From Candidatus Paracaedimonas acanthamoebae (GTDB taxonomy: Bacteria > Pseudomonadota > Alphaproteobacteria > Caedimonadales > Caedimonadaceae): a DNA stretch of 32,000 bases. The stretch spans positions 1,140,001 through 1,172,000 of the forward strand of contig CP008936.1 in NCBI GenBank assembly GCA_000743035.1, in the 5' to 3' direction. This document shows positions 16,102 through 26,212 of the stretch, one piece after another (within the stretch, counting starts at the first letter, position 1; each line of letters starts with the position of its first letter). A program made the position numbers and the translations under genes. The notes below the pieces were generated by a model. That model was not told the DNA's origin. It saw only the letters and a program-made list of their open reading frames with translations, and did no database searches.

Positions 16102-17208
16102 TTGAAACACACCTTAAAAGACCTTGTAATTTTGAAAGAAAATGAGGATCTTCTCAAAGTTTTAATTAAAACAATGCCAACAGCTGTTGCTATGCTTGAT
16201 GACCAACTACGATATATCATAACAAGTGATCGCTGGTTTAAGGAAACTAATTTATCCGAGAGCGACATAACAGGAAAATTGCATTACGAGGTCGTACCAG
16301 ACCTTCCTGAACGATGGAAAGAAATACACCAGCGTTGTTTAAAAGGCGAACATGTAAAATGTGATGAAGATGTTTTTATACGCTCAAATGGAAGCATCGA
16401 ATACCTAAGATGGGAGATTTTGCCTTGGTATAAATCCTCAAGCCTCATTGGTGGGATCATTATGTTTGTTGAACATATTACCGAACGTATAATCGTTGAG
16501 AAAAAGATGGAAAAAATGTTAACACAGCTAAAAAAATCAAATACTGAGCTGAAACAGTTTGCACATATGTGTGCACATGATCTGACTGAACCTCTCCGAA
16601 CAATTACAAATTATATTCATTTAGTGGAAGAGAAGGTTCAGAATAAAGACCTGCAAGATATTAACAACTATCTTAATATTATTCGAGACGGAGCTACTTA
16701 CATGCGTGCTCTTGTCCAAGGTATTTTGAATTACTCGCAAATGGGCCTCCATAAACCTAATAAATCATTATTTAATCTTGATAAAATAGTAAAAAATACT
16801 CAAATTACTCTTGCAAAAAGAATTAAAGAAAAAAATGCTGTTATTCATTGCCATGATTTACCAAAAATTTATGCAGATGTAACCCTGATCACTCAAGTCA
16901 TGCACAACCTTATCAGTAACGCGATAAAATTTAATTGTAGTGAAGCTCCAATTATCATGATCACCGCAGAAGAAAAAAAAGATACTTGGCTTATTAATAT
17001 TACCGATAATGGAATAGGTATTGATAAAAAATACCATGCAACCATCTTTAATATTTTTGTCAGGCTTCATAGCAAATCTCAATATCCAGGTTCTGGCATT
17101 GGATTGGCATCGTGCAAAAAAATTATAGAAGACCATGGTGGAGAGATCGGCCTTCAATCTAGCCCAAACAAAGGCTCTACTTTTTGGTTTACCTTACCAA
17201 ATAAATAG
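16102..17208 (+). CDS. cytoplasmic PAS-domain sensor histidine kinase
   Basis: PAS region (LIKTMPTAVAMLDDQLRYIITSDRW...), H-box FAHMCAHDLTEPLRTITNY, N-box MHNLISNAIKF, G1 ITDNGIGI, F-box IFNIFVRLH and G2 GSGIGLASCKKIIEDHGGEI. No TM segments are seen. TTG start; the exact start is uncertain. Confidence 0.85.
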   Translation: MKHTLKDLVILKENEDLLKVLIKTMPTAVAMLDDQLRYIITSDRWFKETNLSESDITGKLHYEVVPDLPERWKEIHQRCLKGEHVKCDEDVFIRSNGSIEYLRWEILPWYKSSSLIGGIIMFVEHITERIIVEKKMEKMLTQLKKSNTELKQFAHMCAHDLTEPLRTITNYIHLVEEKVQNKDLQDINNYLNIIRDGATYMRALVQGILNYSQMGLHKPNKSLFNLDKIVKNTQITLAKRIKEKNAVIHCHDLPKIYADVTLITQVMHNLISNAIKFNCSEAPIIMITAEEKKDTWLINITDNGIGIDKKYHATIFNIFVRLHSKSQYPGSGIGLASCKKIIEDHGGEIGLQSSPNKGSTFWFTLPNK

Positions 17209-17272
17209 TCTGCCTCCTGTCGTCATGAAGCAACATTGTTTTTAATAAGGGTGTCTCCCTCAAACAATCTCT

Positions 17273-20200
17273 TTAAAGATGACTTATTTTAATCCGGCGA
17301 ACCCAAGCCTGCCAATCTCGCGCGCCTAAATCTGATTCAAAAGATAATAACTCTTTCACAGTTTTCTCACAGATTGATATATCAGGCACAATGAGTTCTT
17401 GGTTCATGGATAAGACCAAACACTGAGTTTTACAGGCTTGTTGAAGATGGTAGGTATAAAATAGCGCCTCTTGGATTGTCTTCCCACAAGTTAAAGAACC
17501 ATGATTCCTCATGAGCAAGACATATTTATCTTGTAAATCATCGACAAGGGATTCTCCTTGGCTTCCATTAAGGGCTAACGAATTATAAGAATGATAGGTA
17601 ATCTGATTATAAAAATGCAAAGCCCATTGACTCAGCGGTTGCAAACCTTTTTTAAGCGCCGAAACAGCCACAATCTCAGGGGTATGGATATGAAAAATGG
17701 CATTAATATCAGGGCGCTTCTGATAGATAGCCCCATGAATAACATAGCCTGTTTTATTATATTGATACTCCGATCCTTCTAAAATTTCCCCATCAAAAGC
17801 AACCCGCAACAAACACTCAGGCGTTACTTCTTCAAAACAAAGACCAAACGGATAGATATAATATGCGCAACCATCTTCTGCACGTAAAGATAAGTGCGTA
17901 TAGGTATGGTCATCAAGCCCTAAGTAAGCAAGGATTTGATAGGCATAGGCGAGATCTCTTCTCAAAGTCATCTTCTGGTTCCTGCATTCTTCTCTACTTG
18001 CTTTGTAAGTATCATAAGCAATAAATAATTCTAAGGGAAAAAGGTACTCAAGTTGACCATCACGATAGAGTTCTGCGATTTCATTCGCACCTAACCCACC
18101 AAGTGTTCCTGCTACAATACTTCTGATCATCCCTTGAAGAGTGTCTTGAAGTCGAGCACCTCCAATTGTTGCATTTAATGCCCCTGAGACTCCCGCACGA
18201 ACCATATTGCTCTTCAAATGCTGCTGCCATCCTTCAGGTTGCTTGGGAAGATTAAACGTCCCACTTAGCTCATGCATCAACCCCGCACTGGCCATATTGA
18301 TGATGAACGATCTGGCAAACTCAGATGAGGTAAGAGCCTTCAGGTTCCCTGTCTGCACAAGAGACGAGGCCGCTTGGCTACTTATCGTCGAGAATCCTGC
18401 ATTGGTGACGGCAACACCCAACGAGGATAAACTCACTGCAGGCACCACGGTTGCTGTGCCGGTCGCTGCCACGGCTGGCACCATCCCAAACGCGGACTCC
18501 GCAAGCGCATTCATAAGCCCTGATGCCCACCCATAGGTTAAAAGACCTGCAGCGAGTCCCACCACCATCGCAAGGGCTTGATTCCCGCCTGGGCGATGGC
18601 CCACACAGAGATCATACAGCTCTTGACGAGGCGCCGGACGCGTAAGGTCAACATCTGGCGCTTCAGTGATCAACTCAGTTCGCACCTCAGGCCGATGACC
18701 TTGAATCTTCCCTTGCGCCTTCAACACAACCTTGCCAGGCATCGTGAGGGTGTTCGGGACCTGAATCTCTTGAGAGCCACCCCGCTCCCAAATCGCTCGC
18801 TTCTTATTATAAAGCTCTGTCTTTTGCGGCTGCATCACGCTGGCGTCTTCAACCGTCAGATCTCTCTTCGCCTCAATCAGAGCAGACCCCTTCTTCCCCT
18901 CCATCTCAACCCCCACCAGATGAATATCCTGATGAGAGAAAAGATGGATTGGCCCTTGCGAGAGGACCTTTGGCCGCACAACCCTATAACTTGGCCGCAT
19001 CCCTTCCTTGCGCATCCCGCGGCAACTCGTCGAATCCTCCATTAATGACCTCGTGATCAAAGGCGAAAGGTGCATCTTCTTTTGAGTCTCTGGCGACCAG
19101 CCTCCTTCCCCAACGATAAGGGTGACGCCTTGAGCAAACAAGGACTGAAGCTCTCTGACTTTCTCATACCCGGCAAAGATCTCTTGGATCTCTTTGGGAT
19201 CCTTCAAAACCCTGCCATATTTATAAAGGCCACTCACCTCCTCTGGAAGCGCTTCTGATAGGGTCACTGTCTGCTTCTTGATCTCCTTCTTCCTCTTCAC
19301 ACGACCCCAAACATTCTTCCGCTTCCACATCTTCTTCATCTCATGCGTCTCGGACCATGTGTGGTGCTGACGTTGAATCGCAAGATGCCCAACATCCTCA
19401 ATCAGCAGCTCTGTGTGAAGGGTTCCTGTCGTCAATAAGTCTTCAATATCTAACCACAAGATTTTTGACTTCATCTCACCAAGATCAATGTTGGCTTGCT
19501 CGGCATGAAGATCGAACTGATCCACCCATAAATCCCCCCCAGGTTGGGAAACATACTGAAACTTTTTAGGAAGCTTTGGCGCCTCTTTCTCCTTTTTCTT
19601 AAAAAACCCTATCAGCTTTGTCGAGGCTCCTTCTCTTATGAAAGGCTTGGGCGTTTGCTCGACACAATCCACCTGCTTTGTCACCTTCAAGGTCCCTGTC
19701 GTCAGAGTTCCTTTCTTGGCGATCAGGCGAGAGCGATCAAAATGCGTATGAGACCCTTTCTTCCCCAACAGATAGGCTTCCTTCTCTATGATTTGCGCGA
19801 GGTGATCACGGACATGAGGATCATGATAGGAAGGCGGCGTAATCAAATAAGAGCGCAAGGCTTGCCGATCATACTGCCCTTCAGGAAGGCTAAAAAGGAT
19901 CGGCTCATTCAGCTTCAGCGCCATCTCTTTCGGCAATGAGGATTGAAGGCCTTGGAATAAATGGGGGCCCCGCTCAATCAACGCTTGAGAAGGCGTATTC
20001 GCGGGCAAACCCAAAAGCTTCGGATTGTCAAGAAAAGGCTTAAGGTAAGGGAACAGATCCGCTCCATTTTGAATCACCTTGCGATGCAAAGAAAGGTAAT
20101 CTGGACATTCAGGTGTCAATGGCACATAGCCGATATTCTGCTGAAACGCCTCAATAAGAGCCTGTCCCTCAGCAAAGAAAGGAAGAACAAACGGAAGCTT

Positions 20201-23200
20201 CTCTGATCCTTTCGGCCCTAAAATCAGCCGTTTGCTTTTTTGAAGCTCTTCTTCCAAAGGATACTTAATGGGAACAAGCGGGATAAATAATGTCGACCCC
20301 TTCCCTGTCGAATCCAGCTTCACAAGGCTGGAAGACGCTCCCAAAGATAAAGGCATGACGGGCTGATAAGGAATGGCACGGCCAGACCGGCCAACCGTCT
20401 GCACCGTGAGCCCTTTTTCAAAAATAATGAGGAGCTTCGAGCCAATCATCTTTCCTTGAACTAAGGCTTCCTTTGCTCCAGTAAAGGCAATTCCCTGGCT
20501 TCCTTCCAGCTGAGGAAGGATTGAATAAAACCCATCCCTTTCAATCTCAATGGGCGAATCCCACGTAAAATAATCATCAATCGTTTTCTTTTTAGGACGT
20601 TTCGGGAACGCCTTATTCCACCGTTCATTTTGGAGAAGTTTTAGAATGTTTTTATTTTCCCATCCTCGGCGGGTTAAATCGGAGCATCTGGCCGGATGTA
20701 AAATCTCATAAGGCGTCTTATCAAGATGATAAATAATTCCTGACTTAAAGTGAAACACCGCCTCTATTTGATCAATAAATTCTTTCCCAACAATAGCTCC
20801 AGAGGCTAAAATAGATCCTCCATAGTTCCTTCCTTTCTGAATATCAAACCTTATATGGCCATTCACCTTGAAGCTCGGCGCTCTTCCTTGAGCAAGGCAA
20901 TAATCAATCCAATAAGGCGGAGAAAGACCTTCACCCACGCGCTGAACAGCTGGAATGAAATGATTAAAGAGAGCCCCCCTTATCGTCGCATTGCCCTTCC
21001 AAACCGCCACTGACGTCCCTGAAAAAGAACTCTCTTGATGGGCCACAACTTCCAAATGCTCATCCGCAACCACAATATTCCCGCCATGGCCATGGAAGGT
21101 TTGAGCCTCAAGCCTCATCCCCTCATTCGAGACAAATTGACTTTTATTGGGAATATACACGTCATAAGGCGCCTTAATGGCTGGCCCAATCGCATTCCCG
21201 CGGGATGTCTCATAGAATACCTTCCTTTTAATCCATCGCCCTAACGTAATGTCTTGCTCTGCCTTGATGTGAAAGAAATGATTGGAGAACACAATCCCTC
21301 GAACAAGGTCAAACGTTTTAGCATCGGTCGCTTCAAAAGAACCCCCACTCTGAATCTTGATCAAGGGAAGAGAAGGCTCTCCAACCCAAATAGCATGCCC
21401 TGAGGCTTTCAGCTGAAGCCCTTTGCCTGATGACAGATTTGCGTGTAGTTTTAAAGTTTGCGCGGTCTTGTGAGGGAGAACTTCAATCTTTATCCCCCCT
21501 TCCACCTCAAGAGGACGCCATAGCTTTCCTCCTTCCCGAAAAATCAGCTTTAAAAGGCCTAAGGTTCTTAAAGAATGGAGACCATAGTTGGCCACTCTCT
21601 CAGGGCACTTGGCCTTAATCTCAATTCCTTCTCGCCCTTCAACAAACGCCCCTCGAAAGTCATGGTAATGTCCCTCGATCTTAAGAACTTTTGCCGCTCT
21701 CACCTCTCCTGTATCTCGTTGCGAGAAGTTCCCCTTTAAAACAATGTTCCCTTGATCGCTGATCATCTTCCCATAGTTATACAGATTCCACAGATCCTCA
21801 TTATAAGAAGACGTTAAAATCTCAATTCCTTTTCTGGCTTCAAGGGTGGTCTTGTTCGTGAGCCCAGGACTTTCAACCCGTAGCTGTCCAAGCAATTTAA
21901 GAGGAATCTCTAATTTTTGGCAAGGCGGCAAGATAAGATGAAGCAACCCTGGGGTTTGCAGACCCTCTGTTTGATAAGAAAGGCCTTTTGCTGTCTTCAA
22001 TAAGACTTTCTGAGTGCCCTCAACAACATCCTTTAAGATAATATCCCCCTTCGTCGAGGTGATCTGAACGTGATCTGCCTGGATCTTTTTTTCAGCCACG
22101 ACGGAAGGCGCTTGGATAAAAAGTTCACCCCTCGTCTGTAGGGGGGGCGTTAACGTGAAGGCCTCTTGAAGAATAAACGAAAGCTTCGGCGTGTTCCCTT
22201 TGATCTCTTTCACCTTAAAAGGTTGTGTCACTGTAATAGAAGGACCTTCCAGGGTTAACTGTGTCTCTGGACTCTCAAGGGGCTGATTCAGTTGCTTATT
22301 GCCATCAAAGGCAAAGGTTACTAAAGGACATCCCTTAAAAACTGTGGGCAAATATTTAAGACCCCACTTATGCAACGTATGTACCTTCAAATGCTCTTTT
22401 ACCGTCATGGGGCCCTGCAAATAATTTAAATGCCCTTTAAAAGAAGCCTGCTGAGAGGTATAAATCTCCCCTTCTGGATAATGGGTGGTATTGCCCTCAA
22501 CATAAAGAGGACCTTCTTCACTCATCAGCTTTCCACGATTCACCACCCCAAACCCTTCTTCAACAAGAGGCGTCAAAAAGGTAAAGCCTTGTTTTGCGCG
22601 TAAGGAGGAAAAATTATAGGCTTGAGGGCCTTTAAAAAGAAAATGACCTAAAAGAGAAAGAGGAGATTTAAAATAAAGCCGAGATGGAGTGCTGATAATC
22701 TCTAAAGTCCCCTCTGTCTGCAGGCCTGAGGTTTGTGGCGTGATATTCGGGCCGCCGTCTTTGTAAGAAAGCCCCCCTCCGACTCGCAACGTGAGACCTT
22801 CAATACCCACAGCCCTTTCCTTCAACGTGATCTGACCCGGACTCTCAACTTGCAAGGTGTTATGGGCAAATACCTCTTTCTCTGAGCTCACCGATTGGCC
22901 CACAATCGAGATATCTTGCTTGCCGATAACGGTTCCTTTCAGCACAACAGGCCCTGAGGCTGATATTTTAAGGTCCCCCTCAACTTGAAGATCTTGCGTT
23001 GAGGTAAAAGCTGAAGAAGCAATCTCAACCTTTCCCCAAGCCTTGAGGGAAGTGGATAAAGCAGTCCCTGTAAACTTTAAGAAAGGTGTGTGAGCTTCCG
23101 TGATGGTCGCCTCTAAATGCTGTCCGATCTCTAACGACGGTCCTTCTAAGGAAAGAGGTCCTAACGTTTTAATGTCTTGTGTGAAGGTTGCAGGCTCTTG

Positions 23201-24580
23201 AAACACAAGCTTTAAGGCTTTCTCGGTCTTCAACTTTTGAGGATCATAGGTAAATCCTTGCTTGCTCTTGATCGTAAAAGCTGATTGAGGGTAAAGGTCC
23301 CCTTGCACCACATGCGTCTCACCTTCCATCTCAACGCCTTGATAGGCCCAAAGAAGTCCTTTTGTATGCTGAACATTCCCTTGAAGAATCACTTTCCCCT
23401 CTTCCGAGTGTAAAACGGCTTCATTGAGAATGGAGGGTGCTTTAAAGTGAACTGTTCCTTTGCCACTCATCCCCCCAAGGTTCTTTATAAGAGCAGCTTC
23501 GGCGGTTAAAGAACCTTTAAGGATAAGAGGATCTGAGAAAGTTAAAGGAGAGGTTGTTGAGATCAGCTCAAGCTTCTTAAATTCCGTCAAGCCCTTAAAA
23601 TCACATCCTTCAAAGTTTATGGCTTCAAGGTGGAGATGATCCCCCTGCAAATGAGGAAAAGTGCTGAGACCTTGGTGGGTCTTCACGTGAATCTTGTGAG
23701 CCTCAACCAAAGAAGAGGGATGCGAGATCATCTCCTTCCCTTCATAGGCAAACTGGCCTTCTTTCATCCTGAGCTGAGACTGGGAAGTCCGATGATCAAG
23801 GACCCGGCCATTTCTAAAGGTAAGACGCTTAACCCCTTTAATCTGATGATCATTCATCAGGTTATTCCCATGTAAATCAGCCGTCCCATCTTCTTTAAAT
23901 TTTAAAGTCCCTTGGTTTAAAAACGTCCCTTCATGAAGGTGGAGCTCTTGCACATTGAGGGTGCTGCTCCCCTCAATCTTAAAATCTCCATGTACAGCTA
24001 AAGTCTCAACATCAATCCCCTGTAACTCTTTCTGCAAATCTAAAGAAGCCATCGCCCGACTCACAACCCTTGGCGCACACGTCACAAGGCCTTTCACTTG
24101 AATCCCATCCTCAATAATAATGGCGCCCTCATTCTCGAGCCCAACTGTGGAGTTCTTCTGTCCTAAACCATCAAGCAATAATTTAATGTAAAGAGTGTTG
24201 TTGTCTTCCCCTTTAGGGCTTTTCAGGACCTGAATAGACTTCAAAAGAGCAGGATGGACAAACTGATAAACCTTCCCTTTCCAGCGATAAAAAGTTTGAA
24301 GCTGATCTTGGCTTTCTCGAAAGACCCAATCACAGTCCTTAAACTCTTCTCGTAATTTAGCACTCTCTTTTGAAAGGCTTATCGTAGAATGGGGAAAAGG
24401 TTTAGAAACATACGACCCTCCTTGCAAGCGAGCTTCTTGGAGGTCTGCTTGAATCGCTCCCAACCCCTCATGCGCCCACACAACACCTAAAAATATCTGC
24501 TGATAAATCAAAATATAGGTCAGAAAGATGCGACCCACATCACGCAATAATCCCAAAATCTTTGGCACACAAAATCTCAT
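17273..24580 (-). CDS. giant (2,435 aa) FhaB/CdiA-like beta-helical protein with a DUF637-like pretoxin region and a C-terminal class II aldolase/adducin-head domain
   Basis: Uninterrupted 7.3-kb ORF with GGGAGG 4 nt before the ATG and a hydrophobic N-terminus ([19 protein letters not shown]). The body is repetitive and G/L/K/T-rich. An FhaB-like block [21 protein letters not shown]...[13 protein letters not shown] lies at about nt 20,000-20,190. The Ala/Gly/Ser-rich DUF637-like segment spans nt 18,041-18,577 and ends in [17 protein letters not shown]. The last 232 aa (nt 17,276-17,971) match class II aldolase/adducin ([57 protein letters not shown]). Confidence 0.85.
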   Translation of the reverse strand: MRFCVPKILGLLRDVGRIFLTYILIYQQIFLGVVWAHEGLGAIQADLQEARLQGGSYVSKPFPHSTISLSKESAKLREEFKDCDWVFRESQDQLQTFYRWKGKVYQFVHPALLKSIQVLKSPKGEDNNTLYIKLLLDGLGQKNSTVGLENEGAIIIEDGIQVKGLVTCAPRVVSRAMASLDLQKELQGIDVETLAVHGDFKIEGSSTLNVQELHLHEGTFLNQGTLKFKEDGTADLHGNNLMNDHQIKGVKRLTFRNGRVLDHRTSQSQLRMKEGQFAYEGKEMISHPSSLVEAHKIHVKTHQGLSTFPHLQGDHLHLEAINFEGCDFKGLTEFKKLELISTTSPLTFSDPLILKGSLTAEAALIKNLGGMSGKGTVHFKAPSILNEAVLHSEEGKVILQGNVQHTKGLLWAYQGVEMEGETHVVQGDLYPQSAFTIKSKQGFTYDPQKLKTEKALKLVFQEPATFTQDIKTLGPLSLEGPSLEIGQHLEATITEAHTPFLKFTGTALSTSLKAWGKVEIASSAFTSTQDLQVEGDLKISASGPVVLKGTVIGKQDISIVGQSVSSEKEVFAHNTLQVESPGQITLKERAVGIEGLTLRVGGGLSYKDGGPNITPQTSGLQTEGTLEIISTPSRLYFKSPLSLLGHFLFKGPQAYNFSSLRAKQGFTFLTPLVEEGFGVVNRGKLMSEEGPLYVEGNTTHYPEGEIYTSQQASFKGHLNYLQGPMTVKEHLKVHTLHKWGLKYLPTVFKGCPLVTFAFDGNKQLNQPLESPETQLTLEGPSITVTQPFKVKEIKGNTPKLSFILQEAFTLTPPLQTRGELFIQAPSVVAEKKIQADHVQITSTKGDIILKDVVEGTQKVLLKTAKGLSYQTEGLQTPGLLHLILPPCQKLEIPLKLLGQLRVESPGLTNKTTLEARKGIEILTSSYNEDLWNLYNYGKMISDQGNIVLKGNFSQRDTGEVRAAKVLKIEGHYHDFRGAFVEGREGIEIKAKCPERVANYGLHSLRTLGLLKLIFREGGKLWRPLEVEGGIKIEVLPHKTAQTLKLHANLSSGKGLQLKASGHAIWVGEPSLPLIKIQSGGSFEATDAKTFDLVRGIVFSNHFFHIKAEQDITLGRWIKRKVFYETSRGNAIGPAIKAPYDVYIPNKSQFVSNEGMRLEAQTFHGHGGNIVVADEHLEVVAHQESSFSGTSVAVWKGNATIRGALFNHFIPAVQRVGEGLSPPYWIDYCLAQGRAPSFKVNGHIRFDIQKGRNYGGSILASGAIVGKEFIDQIEAVFHFKSGIIYHLDKTPYEILHPARCSDLTRRGWENKNILKLLQNERWNKAFPKRPKKKTIDDYFTWDSPIEIERDGFYSILPQLEGSQGIAFTGAKEALVQGKMIGSKLLIIFEKGLTVQTVGRSGRAIPYQPVMPLSLGASSSLVKLDSTGKGSTLFIPLVPIKYPLEEELQKSKRLILGPKGSEKLPFVLPFFAEGQALIEAFQQNIGYVPLTPECPDYLSLHRKVIQNGADLFPYLKPFLDNPKLLGLPANTPSQALIERGPHLFQGLQSSLPKEMALKLNEPILFSLPEGQYDRQALRSYLITPPSYHDPHVRDHLAQIIEKEAYLLGKKGSHTHFDRSRLIAKKGTLTTGTLKVTKQVDCVEQTPKPFIREGASTKLIGFFKKKEKEAPKLPKKFQYVSQPGGDLWVDQFDLHAEQANIDLGEMKSKILWLDIEDLLTTGTLHTELLIEDVGHLAIQRQHHTWSETHEMKKMWKRKNVWGRVKRKKEIKKQTVTLSEALPEEVSGLYKYGRVLKDPKEIQEIFAGYEKVRELQSLFAQGVTLIVGEGGWSPETQKKMHLSPLITRSLMEDSTSCRGMRKEGMRPSYRVVRPKVLSQGPIHLFSHQDIHLVGVEMEGKKGSALIEAKRDLTVEDASVMQPQKTELYNKKRAIWERGGSQEIQVPNTLTMPGKVVLKAQGKIQGHRPEVRTELITEAPDVDLTRPAPRQELYDLCVGHRPGGNQALAMVVGLAAGLLTYGWASGLMNALAESAFGMVPAVAATGTATVVPAVSLSSLGVAVTNAGFSTISSQAASSLVQTGNLKALTSSEFARSFIINMASAGLMHELSGTFNLPKQPEGWQQHLKSNMVRAGVSGALNATIGGARLQDTLQGMIRSIVAGTLGGLGANEIAELYRDGQLEYLFPLELFIAYDTYKASREECRNQKMTLRRDLAYAYQILAYLGLDDHTYTHLSLRAEDGCAYYIYPFGLCFEEVTPECLLRVAFDGEILEGSEYQYNKTGYVIHGAIYQKRPDINAIFHIHTPEIVAVSALKKGLQPLSQWALHFYNQITYHSYNSLALNGSQGESLVDDLQDKYVLLMRNHGSLTCGKTIQEALFYTYHLQQACKTQCLVLSMNQELIVPDISICEKTVKELLSFESDLGARDWQAWVRRIKISHL

Positions 24581-24940
24581 GCAACCTCCCTTTGCAACCT
24601 CAAAACCTCTCTGTCCCCTGCCTGTTCTCTCTTTTTATTATTATTTTACGTCTCTAAGCAGAGATCCCCTCAATCGCCCTTCCTCCAAACCTTCAATCAT
24701 CAATAAATAGACGACCAAGCTCTTTTAATCTATTACCCAACCAAAATGTCTCTTTCAAACTTTTTTATTCCTTTGGGACAATTTAGTCTCAACTCGCTCC
24801 CTCAAGATAAACAAACTAAAAATAGGAGAAAAGACCTCATAAAATCTAAAACTGGCTCTTTCGCTTTTCTCCCCTTTTCCGTATAAGCTCTTAGAATAAG
24901 CTATATGTACGCCGTGGTTTTTTCTCCCTCATTACACACC

Positions 24941-25735
24941 TTTCCCGCACGATGAGGACTCTTCTCTGGCACCTATTCACACCTTCTGGTTGCTTGAGAT
25001 CCCCGGCACAAGGCCGGGGATGACCGTATGGGTGATAGCCCTGAAGCTCATCAGTTTTCATTCCTTTGCTGTCAACCATTTTTTCTTCCTTTCTTTATTC
25101 ATTTTCATCTCTGCTCAGTCCTCACTAATGAGATCCAAGTTCTTCCATCTTCGTCATCCTAGGCCTTGTGCCTAGGATCTCAAGCGACCGTAAGATCTCA
25201 CCTACCACTACTCGATGTCTTCGGCCTTTCCTGGATCCCCGCCTCCGCGGGGATGACAATAGGAGTGTGCAGGAATGATACAAAAAAGTGTTTGTTGCCA
25301 TCCGTGCCTTTACTTTGCCTCTCCTCTTCCAGATCGTGCCTGTGACACACAAGTACGCCTCTCGGGTACCTTTACCACCTTCAGGCTGCCTGAGATCCCC
25401 GCCTCCACGGGGATGACCGTGTGGTCGATATGTTTCAAGTTCATCAGTTTTAATTCTTTTGTTTTCAATCATTTTTTCTTCCTTCCTTTAAGTTGTTTTA
25501 ATTTTCACTCAGACCTTACCTGTGAGTCCCAAGTTCCTTTGTATTTGTCATCCTCGGCCTTGTCCCGAGAATCTCAAGTAACCGATAGGTCTCACTCATC
25601 ACCTTTCGATGCCTTTCAGTCTTTCTGGATCCCCGCCTCCACGGGGATGACCCTTATAAATTTCAAACGTTGTCATTCTTGAACTTGTCCCGAGAATCTC
25701 AAGCGACCTGAAGATCTCTCCTGTCACCAACTTTT
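24941..25735. repeat. hairpin-repeat array 1 (modules X1-Y1-X2-Y2-partial Y3)
   Basis: Two ~400-bp units, each with three parts. The first is an ~85-nt X module ending in CTGAGATCC[stem-loop-stem]GGATGAC. The second is a ~128-nt T/C-rich spacer. The third is a Y module: GTCATCC[stem-loop-stem]GGATCTCAAG, then ~55 nt, then CTGGATCCCCGCCTCC(A/G)CGGGGATGAC. Hairpins lie at 25002-25020, 25161-25179, 25237-25253, 25398-25413, 25553-25569 and 25631-25646. Confidence 0.9.
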
Positions 25736-25770
25736 ACCTTTCCGCCATCAAATGCCCATTTCTTTCCTCT

Positions 25771-26007
25771 TTTCATCAGGCAAAGAGAGAGCCTTCGCTC
25801 AAAAAGAGCGTTAAAAGGTTTATTTCTTTAATAAATTGAGTTTGTGCTCCCTTTATTATTATTTTTATTGAGATGGATATAGAGACTTTAAGAAGAGGAC
25901 TTATCAAGGTTTATTTAACCTCAATAAGGGGAAGAGATTCGTCTCTAACCATCTACAACCAGACTATCATATCATGATACAAAAATCAAGAAAATTCAGC
26001 ACAAATA
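25771..26007 (+). repeat. conserved array tail, copy 1 (paralogue of 30859..31077)
   Basis: Starts TTTTCATCAGGCAAAGAG.G.G.C.TT.GCTCAAAAAGAGCGTT and ends TCTCT(A/G)ACCATCTAC...CATATCATGATACAAAAATCAAGAAAATTC. Both blocks are nearly identical in the two copies. The middle is diverged but alignable. Confidence 0.8.
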
Positions 26008-26212
26008 TCAAAAAATAAATACTTAATATCCATAGCTTATAAAATAATTATTTGGGTCCATAGTGACCTCTTATTCTTGATCACTTCATCATCCAAGCTT
26101 GGTGGTATCTTACTTACAGTGGTGAGCTTGTCCATTCTTCCACCATCGATAAAGGTTTTTTGATAGACAAAAAATTAAAAGTTTTCGCCTATCAAAAGCT
26201 GTGTTTGAACCC

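Noticed and set aside
16077-17157. Minus-strand ORFs 16077..16268 and 16858..17157, and the plus-strand ORF 15532..15714 region overlapping the BON gene start.
   Set aside because: They are antisense to or overlapping well-supported genes (the PAS kinase and the BON lipoprotein) and carry no signals of their own.
17591-24710. Plus-strand track ORFs overlapping the giant gene (for example 18207..18536, 18578..19045, 19544..19939, 19961..20206, 21035..21244, 23630..23875, 24528..24710).
   Set aside because: They are antisense shadow ORFs of a GC-richer 7.3-kb gene. Their peptides are Arg/Leu/Pro/Ser-rich and low-complexity, with no RBS or recognisable motifs.
24891-25682. Track ORFs inside repeat array 1 (24891..25079, 24990..25175, 25125..25472, 25275..25682).
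   Set aside because: They overlap each other on both strands and are made of hairpin-repeat sequence. Their peptides (GHPRPCAGD, IPASTGMT and similar) are translations of the palindromes, and the paralogous copies lose the frame through 1-nt indels. I treat them as spurious, apart from the low-interest note on the shared N-terminal ~30 codons.
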